In this document: one piece after another, positions 57,513-64,000 of the stretch | Numbering within the stretch: position 1 is the stretch's first letter | How the letters are laid out: every line of letters begins with the position of its first letter | Assembly: GCA_030834125.1 (NCBI GenBank) | Contig: JAURFW010000002.1 | Coordinates: 289 to 64,288 of the forward strand | Reading direction: 5' to 3' | DNA: 64,000 bases | Source: Bacteroidota bacterium | Lineage (GTDB): Bacteria; Bacteroidota; Bacteroidia; NS11-12g; UBA955 | Notes under the pieces: model-generated | What the model saw: only the letters and a program-made list of their open reading frames with translations | What the model was told of the DNA's origin: nothing | Databases searched by the model: none | Made by a program: the position numbers and the translations under genes

Positions 57513-60059
57513 ATGGTGAAAAGCAAAATTAGAGGAGTCTTATTCATATTATTCATTTCTGGATGGAACATTACTTTTGCTCAATACCTACTTCCCAAAA
57601 AAATAAAGGGATTAACTCAAACACAGTTGCTCCTTGAGGAAACAGATGATGCCAAGTTAGTTTTAGAAAATCTTTCTGATTATCAGCACATTGAAAAAGT
57701 ATTAATAAATGGTGAAGTTGATATTGCAATAGCCTGTAAGGCACTTTCGTTAATTGATGCTGTTGAAGATCTTGAATTAAGAAAATTTGATGGGATTTTA
57801 TCCGATGAGGATATTCAAAATATTGAATGGGTCCCTAATCTGTTTATTTATATTCCAGTAGATAGGGAAGAGGCGTTTTTATTAAACCCAGCATGGCAAT
57901 ATATTAGAAATGCTGTTATAGAATTGCAAGAAATTCCAGTAGACTTTGAATTTTTTCAAGGATGGAAATCTATAAAGTATTTATGTTTATTAGGTGATTT
58001 TAATGCTACACAAGCCCAAAATGCAGCTGTTGCTATTCGCAATTATATTCCGAAAATTGAGCAAATAGGTTTTTCCCTTTTGGATATTAAAGATATGCCC
58101 ATGGCTTTGTCTGAGTTACCTTATTTGAAGTCGGTTGAGATTTATAATTCAATTGATATGGCACAAGGTTACGATTGGGACAATTTGGGTGAAATCACTA
58201 GGCCCTTATTTAAGGGGTTTGATACTATTTACTTAGATCCAAACCAGCGAACGGCTTTCGTAACAAAGCCTCTTTTTGTCCCATTACATTACTTTGCTTT
58301 TGAGCCTGAAATAACTACTTCTCAAGAGAAATTTATTGAAAATAGATTTCCTACAAAATCATATACAAATGATTATTTATGGTATGAAGATGAGGCCAAA
58401 AAAAATAGTGATTTTCTTCAATTTAGAGGTGTCAATCTCTCTGTTTACCAACCGATAAAATCATTTCAAAATGCTGTATTAAGCGAATATTCTTCCAATG
58501 ATGCTATTTTTCAAGGTAAAGGTGATTCAAATTATATTTTCTTATTGCCAAATAAAGGGGCTTTAATAATTCCTGCAAATTCATTAGAAATAACAAGTGG
58601 TTTTCCTTATTCCGGAAGCTATACTGCGCATGTTGCAACAGCAAACAAACTCGAAGACCTGTTTGCAGAAGGAGCATCAATGCAATTTGATAGCATAGGT
58701 AAAACATTTAGTATTAATCCTGAATTTTGGGTAAATATCATAATATATGCCACAGACTCAAAGGAGCCACTTACAATTAAATCTGGTAACTTTTTGCAGT
58801 TCTCTTATCTCACTGAAAAGAAGAATATTGGAAGTTTTTATTCATGGAATAGTAATTCTAGTAAGTGGGAAAATTATTATGACTACGATTATCAGTTTGA
58901 TGATGATAAAATTAGAGCAATTGATTTTTATCAAATAGCCCATGGTAAGAGACAACATATTAAGCAAATAGCGAATGAAAGTTATTCATTAGACGATCGA
59001 TTTGAATTAGCGGGATTTCATTATTTGTTGAATCCGGGTGAGAAAAATGTAAAAATCAAAAAGGAAAATGGCTTTTGGATAAATAGAAACACCGCAAAAG
59101 GAGATAAAACCATTCAATGGGTAAGAGGGCGGCCGATGTTTAAGTTGCGATTGTTACAAAGACAAAAGACTGCACCTAAGTTTCAAGATTTCATGATAAT
59201 GTCCATGGATCGCGGATTAATGCCGGAATGGAAAGAACTTGAAGATGTGGTATTGTCATTTGAAACTAACCTTAATAAAAAGGAAATAACCAAAATGTTA
59301 TCTAAAAAGCGTTGGTTAGATTTTCGATTGGTTGAATCAAGTGGTTTCTATGCATTAGAACTTAAAACGCAAAACGGATTTTACGAGATTCAACTTTCAC
59401 ATCCATTGGAAAGGTATAAAGTTCTATCAGATAAGGGTGAGAAAATGAATAGAAAATTACGTAGTGCAATTAATAAATATTTCGATGAAAGGAATATGAA
59501 AGATTTAGCTATGTTAATGTTTGAAAAACAAAAAAGTTCTCAAATTGAGAGGAGCCAATATGCCACAATATTTGATCGTATGCATTCCAATAAAGATGTA
59601 GTAAAATCCTTTAAAATTAGAAGTTTAGGTGAGTTTGCTGTAGGAGTTGTTACACCTTGTGATTTAGAATTAAATACAGAAATTATATTGAGCGATTACG
59701 GTAAGGTACCTTTAAACCCAAATAGAGTTTGGATATATTTTAAAAATGGCTCATCCGTGGGATTAGATGTAACTACGAGGATTCCATTTAATTACAAAGT
59801 AAGAGATATTGCCGCCATTTTAGCCGAGACTAAAAATTCAAACTCATCACAAATCACAAAAAACGGAAAACATACAAACATATTATACTATTATTTATCA
59901 GGAAAAGACCTTCTAACTCAAGGGATTGCTCCAAATAAAATAATGTATCTGCCGCTAAAGCCGCTACCGCAGCATATTAAAAATCATAATGAACTTTCTG
60001 ACTTTATGAATTGGAGTAGCGATAAGAAAAAGAAATTAAGAAAATCAAAAAAGAAATGA
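57513..60059 (+). CDS. Hypothetical secreted protein with LRR-like N-terminal part
   Basis: Signal peptide; segments like IKDMPMALSELPYLKSVEI and LQEIPVDFEFFQGWKSIKYLCL. Confidence 0.55.
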   Translation: MVKSKIRGVLFILFISGWNITFAQYLLPKKIKGLTQTQLLLEETDDAKLVLENLSDYQHIEKVLINGEVDIAIACKALSLIDAVEDLELRKFDGILSDEDIQNIEWVPNLFIYIPVDREEAFLLNPAWQYIRNAVIELQEIPVDFEFFQGWKSIKYLCLLGDFNATQAQNAAVAIRNYIPKIEQIGFSLLDIKDMPMALSELPYLKSVEIYNSIDMAQGYDWDNLGEITRPLFKGFDTIYLDPNQRTAFVTKPLFVPLHYFAFEPEITTSQEKFIENRFPTKSYTNDYLWYEDEAKKNSDFLQFRGVNLSVYQPIKSFQNAVLSEYSSNDAIFQGKGDSNYIFLLPNKGALIIPANSLEITSGFPYSGSYTAHVATANKLEDLFAEGASMQFDSIGKTFSINPEFWVNIIIYATDSKEPLTIKSGNFLQFSYLTEKKNIGSFYSWNSNSSKWENYYDYDYQFDDDKIRAIDFYQIAHGKRQHIKQIANESYSLDDRFELAGFHYLLNPGEKNVKIKKENGFWINRNTAKGDKTIQWVRGRPMFKLRLLQRQKTAPKFQDFMIMSMDRGLMPEWKELEDVVLSFETNLNKKEITKMLSKKRWLDFRLVESSGFYALELKTQNGFYEIQLSHPLERYKVLSDKGEKMNRKLRSAINKYFDERNMKDLAMLMFEKQKSSQIERSQYATIFDRMHSNKDVVKSFKIRSLGEFAVGVVTPCDLELNTEIILSDYGKVPLNPNRVWIYFKNGSSVGLDVTTRIPFNYKVRDIAAILAETKNSNSSQITKNGKHTNILYYYLSGKDLLTQGIAPNKIMYLPLKPLPQHIKNHNELSDFMNWSSDKKKKLRKSKKK

Positions 60060-61549
60060 CTCCTCTACAAATATTTACAGGACTTGCCAGTTATTTTACA
60101 TTACTACTAGGGGTTGGATATTTTACCGCAAAAAAATCCGGAGACTCCGGTTATTTTCTGGGAAATAAACAAAGCATATGGTGGATGGTAGCCCTAGGCA
60201 TGCTATCGGATTCAATGAGCGGTGTAAGTTTTATTTCTGTGCCTGGCGCGGTAGTTAATGTCAATTTCTCTTACATGCAAGTAGTATTTGGGTATTTCGT
60301 GGGCTACCTTATTATTTCGTATATATTACTACCTCTTTATTATAAGCGAAACTTAACTTCAATTTATGAATACCTAGAACAGCGTTTTGGGGCTGCCGAA
60401 CAGAAAACGGGTGCTTTCTTTTTTGTGATTTCTAGATTGTTAGGTTCAGCAGGACGACTGTTTCTAACAGCAATAATTCTTCAAAAGTTCTTATTCGATC
60501 CTTGGGGTGTTCCATTTGCCCTCACCGTTTCTATTATTATTTTATTGATATTAGCCTATACTTTTAAAGGTGGAATTGGGACTTTGGTATTTACTGATGC
60601 TTTACAAAGCACATTTCTTATTGGTGGACTATTAGTATGTTTTAGTTTGATTTATTTTTCACCGGAATTGTCTGATCACTCTTTATCATTCTTATTTTGG
60701 AAATCCTCTAGTTATACTACAATATTTAATTGGGATTACTTTTCTTCTAGTTATTTCGGAAAGCATTTTATAGGAGGAATTTTCTTATGTGTTGCTATGA
60801 CAGGCCTGGACCAAAATATGATGCAAAAGAATCTAAGCTGTCGTAGTCTTAAGGATGCTCAAAAAAACATGCTGATGACGGCATTTATAGTAGTTTTAGT
60901 CAACATCGTATTTCTGAGTTTAGGTGTATTAATGATTGAATTTTTATCTGCAAAAGGAACATTAGAGAGTACAATTGCACAAGGCACCGATTACATTTTC
61001 CCAAGTATAGCATTAAATCATTTGGGAACAGTGGGAGGAATAGCATTTGTACTTGGTTTATCGGCGGCAACGTTTTCTAGTGCAGATAGCGTGCTTACTA
61101 CCTTAACAACAAGTACATATTTTGACCTTTTGCATATCCATAAATCCAATGTTATTAGTGAAGAACAACGCTTAAAACGTAGGCAAATATTTCACATTGT
61201 TTTTGCCTTTTTACTTTGGTTGAGTATAATGGGATTCTATAAGTTTTCTAGTGGAGCAATAATTGATGTTGTATTACAGATGGCCAATTATACTTATGGA
61301 CCCTTATTGGGTTTGTTCGCTTTCGGTATTATATCGAAAAAGAAACTCAACCCCATTGGAATGATAACGGTATCAGTAATTGTGCCAGTTATTTGCTGGT
61401 ATTTAGGTAAAAATGAATATGTATCATCACTTATTGGACTAAGTCCATTAGAATGGGAGTATAAGTTTGGTTATGAACTACTCTTAATAAATGGAATACT
61501 ATCCAGTTTGGGTTATTGGTTTGTTTCAGTTATATCCAAGCGTTTTTAA
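60056..61549 (+). CDS. Sodium:solute symporter (SSS family)
   Basis: YFLGNKQSIWW, SGVSFISVPG, SIYEYLEQRFG, GLDQNMMQKNLSC, SSADS; many transmembrane segments. Confidence 0.93.
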   Translation: MTPLQIFTGLASYFTLLLGVGYFTAKKSGDSGYFLGNKQSIWWMVALGMLSDSMSGVSFISVPGAVVNVNFSYMQVVFGYFVGYLIISYILLPLYYKRNLTSIYEYLEQRFGAAEQKTGAFFFVISRLLGSAGRLFLTAIILQKFLFDPWGVPFALTVSIIILLILAYTFKGGIGTLVFTDALQSTFLIGGLLVCFSLIYFSPELSDHSLSFLFWKSSSYTTIFNWDYFSSSYFGKHFIGGIFLCVAMTGLDQNMMQKNLSCRSLKDAQKNMLMTAFIVVLVNIVFLSLGVLMIEFLSAKGTLESTIAQGTDYIFPSIALNHLGTVGGIAFVLGLSAATFSSADSVLTTLTTSTYFDLLHIHKSNVISEEQRLKRRQIFHIVFAFLLWLSIMGFYKFSSGAIIDVVLQMANYTYGPLLGLFAFGIISKKKLNPIGMITVSVIVPVICWYLGKNEYVSSLIGLSPLEWEYKFGYELLLINGILSSLGYWFVSVISKRF

Positions 61550-62923
61550 CATACTCTTGTAACTTTGTTCTTTTGAGAATAGTCTGAAGAAGTATTCTCC
61601 ATCCTCATCGCGATCAATAATAACATGCTTTGGTGCAGGAGTTAAACAGTGTTGTATACCTCCAAATCCGCCTATGCTTTCTTGGTAAGCAGCAGTATGG
61701 AAGAAGCCAATATATAATGGATCGTCTTTGCTATATTTAGGTAGGTAAATAGCATTTACGTGTTGTTCTGAATTGTAATAATCATCACTATCGCAAGTAA
61801 TACCTCCTAATAATACACGCTCATATTCTTCGTTCCATCTATTAATAGGTAACATGATGAACTTTTTATTAATTGCCCATGCGTCAGGTAGTTGAGTCAT
61901 GAAGCTAGAGTCAATCATGTTCCATTTCTCTCTATCGTTTTGTGCTTTTTGGTCTAATACACTGAAAATAGTTCCGCCAGATTCACCTACAGTAAATGAC
62001 CCAAACTCAGTAAAGATATCTGGTTCAGGTACATTGTTTTCTTCACATACTTGTTTGATCTGAGACACGATTTCATTTGCCATATACTCGTAATCATATG
62101 AGAATGTAAGTGAGTTTTTAATTGGGAAACCACCTCCAATGTTGAGGGTATCAAGTTCCGGGCATTCCTTCTTTAACTCGCAATATACTCTAAGACACTT
62201 GTGTAGTTCATTCCAGTAATAAGCTGTATCATAAATACCAGTATTGATAAAGAAGTGAAGCATTTTACATTGAACCTGAGGATTGTTCTTTATTGTAGAT
62301 CTATAGAAAGGAACAATGTCTTTGTAGCCAATACCTAAACGACTCGTATAAAACTCGAATTTTGGTTCTTCTTCTGCCGCAATCCTAATGCCACATTTGA
62401 ATTCTTTGTCTGTATACTCCATCAACTGCGCCATTTCTCTTTGATTGTCAAATACAGGAATAACATTTTTCCAATTATTGTTTATTAGGCTTGCGATGTT
62501 TTCAAGATAGTTATCTCGCTTGAATCCATTACATACAACAAACTTATCTTTGTTTAACTTGCCTTGTTCTTCAAGTGCTTCAATAATGTTTATATCAAAA
62601 GCCGATGAGGTTTCAATATGCACATCGTTATTAAGTACTTCATCTAAAACATGTTGGAAGTGATTAGACTTAGTGCAATAACAATAATAGTATTTCCCTT
62701 TGTAATCGGACTTGGCGATGGCCACATTAAACCATGATCGAGCTTTCTTGATATTTTCACTTATCTTGGGTAAGTAGGTGAATTTAAGAGGAGTTCCGTA
62801 TTGTTTGATTAATTCATTGAGTGGAATCTCATGAAAAGAAAGTTCTCCTTCTTCGCTAAGTTGGAACTCAGGAATAGGGAAATCAAATGTTTGTTGTATT
62901 AGGTCAATGTATTTGTTTTTCAC
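61526..62923 (-). CDS. speA: Arginine decarboxylase (fold type III PLP, short Bacteroidota form)
   Basis: YCYCTKS, ETSSAFD, CNGFK, LNIGGG, TEFG, TCDSDD, AYQESIGG; GTG start. Confidence 0.85.
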   Translation of the reverse strand: MKNKYIDLIQQTFDFPIPEFQLSEEGELSFHEIPLNELIKQYGTPLKFTYLPKISENIKKARSWFNVAIAKSDYKGKYYYCYCTKSNHFQHVLDEVLNNDVHIETSSAFDINIIEALEEQGKLNKDKFVVCNGFKRDNYLENIASLINNNWKNVIPVFDNQREMAQLMEYTDKEFKCGIRIAAEEEPKFEFYTSRLGIGYKDIVPFYRSTIKNNPQVQCKMLHFFINTGIYDTAYYWNELHKCLRVYCELKKECPELDTLNIGGGFPIKNSLTFSYDYEYMANEIVSQIKQVCEENNVPEPDIFTEFGSFTVGESGGTIFSVLDQKAQNDREKWNMIDSSFMTQLPDAWAINKKFIMLPINRWNEEYERVLLGGITCDSDDYYNSEQHVNAIYLPKYSKDDPLYIGFFHTAAYQESIGGFGGIQHCLTPAPKHVIIDRDEDGEYFFRLFSKEQSYKSMLKTLGYN

Positions 62924-63059
62924 TATGTAACCGAATTAGATTGCAAAAAGTTTTCAAAAGTAATTTAAATAGATTAGTTTTAAAATTTTAGTTCATGTTA
63001 TTTAGTTCATAATTGCGTGATTATTGCAAACTCATTCTTATAATCAAGTAAATAAGCAG

Positions 63060-63067
63060 TATTTTTG
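63060..63067 (+). promoter_or_regulatory. Bacteroidota -7 promoter element upstream of mdh
   Basis: TATTTTTG 30 nt before ATG. Confidence 0.5.
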
Positions 63068-63097
63068 CACAATATTTGACAATTAATCAAGAGAATT

Positions 63098-64000
63098 ATG
63101 AGTAAAATTAGTGTTATTGGAGCAGGAAACGTAGGCGCAAGTTGCGCAGAGTACATTGCAATCAAAAACTTCGCGGACGAAGTTGTATTGTTGGACATCA
63201 AAGAAAATTTTGCCGAAGGTAAAGCCATGGATTTAATGCAAACGGCTGCATTAAATGGTTTTGATACGCGTATCATTGGTTCAACAAATGATTATTCCAA
63301 AACACAAAGAAGCGACGTAGTTGTTATTACTAGTGGTATTCCAAGAAAGCCAGGTATGACTCGTGAAGAGCTAATTGGTATTAATGCGGGTATCGTTAAA
63401 ATGGTAATGGAGAATTGTTTACAACAATCCCCGGAAGCAATTTTTGTTATTGTTTCAAATCCAATGGATACAATGACTTACCTAGCAAAAACAACTGCTG
63501 GGTTGCCAAAGAATAGAATCATAGGCATGGGGGGAGCATTGGATAGTGCTCGTTTTCGCTATTTCCTTAGTCAAGCTTTGGGATGTCCTATGTCTGAGGT
63601 TGAAGGAATGGTAATAGGTGGACACGGAGATAAAACAATGATTCCACTAACTCGCCTTGCATCATACAAAGGAATTCCGGTAAGTGAATTTCTTTCTGAG
63701 GACCAACTTGCTGAAATTAAAGCTAGCACAATGGTTGGTGGAGCTACTTTAACAGGTATGCTAGGTACTTCGGCTTGGTATGCTCCGGGAGCAGCAGTAT
63801 CGACATTGGTTCAATCAATAGTTTGCGATCAAAAGAAAATGATGCCTTGTTGTGTTGAATTAAATGGTGAATATGGTGAATCAGATATTTGTATCGGTGT
63901 TCCTGTAGTATTAGGAAAATCTGGTTGGGAAAAGGTTGTAAATCTTGATCTTAATAATTCTGAAAAAGGAGAATTTAAAGCTTCTGCCGATGCGGTAAGA
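63098..64000 (+). CDS. mdh: Malate dehydrogenase (LDH-like), 3' end truncated by window edge
   Basis: Not in ORF track. MSKISVIGAGNVGAS, GIPRKPGMTREEL, VSNPMD, LDSARF, GGHGD, SAWYAPG. Confidence 0.95.
   Translation, partial: MSKISVIGAGNVGASCAEYIAIKNFADEVVLLDIKENFAEGKAMDLMQTAALNGFDTRIIGSTNDYSKTQRSDVVVITSGIPRKPGMTREELIGINAGIVKMVMENCLQQSPEAIFVIVSNPMDTMTYLAKTTAGLPKNRIIGMGGALDSARFRYFLSQALGCPMSEVEGMVIGGHGDKTMIPLTRLASYKGIPVSEFLSEDQLAEIKASTMVGGATLTGMLGTSAWYAPGAAVSTLVQSIVCDQKKMMPCCVELNGEYGESDICIGVPVVLGKSGWEKVVNLDLNNSEKGEFKASADAVR

Noticed and set aside
61526..62923. Arginine decarboxylase as amine supplier for the NRPS
   Set aside because: Housekeeping-type gene 6 kb away, on the opposite strand and separated by unrelated genes
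102..63276. Many short (60-140 aa) ORFs overlapping larger genes, e.g. 102..329, 2013..2303, 2746..3162, 55899..56174, 63007..63276
   Set aside because: Antisense or out-of-frame shadows of well-supported genes; no motifs

Overview
AT-rich bacterial DNA from a Bacteroidota genome, indicated by TAnnTTTG -7 promoter motifs, a T9SS type-B cargo protein and a DUF5723-like porin. Both ends hold housekeeping genes: class IV aminotransferase, etfAB, mpl-like ligase, split transketolase, mfd, PPIase, udk, ferredoxin, NlpC/P60, SSS transporter, arginine decarboxylase and mdh. The centre (about 26.3-55.3 kb) is a co-directional NRPS biosynthetic cluster that I cannot match to a known compound. It contains: (i) an HpgT-like aminotransferase, an HPPD-fold enzyme with hydroxymandelate-synthase-type active-site residues, and a GlcD/D-lactate-dehydrogenase-type FAD oxidoreductase in place of the usual FMN Hmo, suggesting a non-canonical, possibly (R)-mandelate-based arylglycine pathway; (ii) an Sfp-type PPTase and a proline-4-hydroxylase-like dioxygenase; (iii) four compact NRPSs with 8 carrier domains but only 6 A domains (read by eye: Orn-type x2, Thr, Pro-type, Ala-type+E, possible arylglycine), an internal TE and non-colinear gene order; (iv) a stand-alone SET-domain methyltransferase, an M28 peptidase and a class I methyltransferase. 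All calls come from motif recognition by eye; no searches were run.
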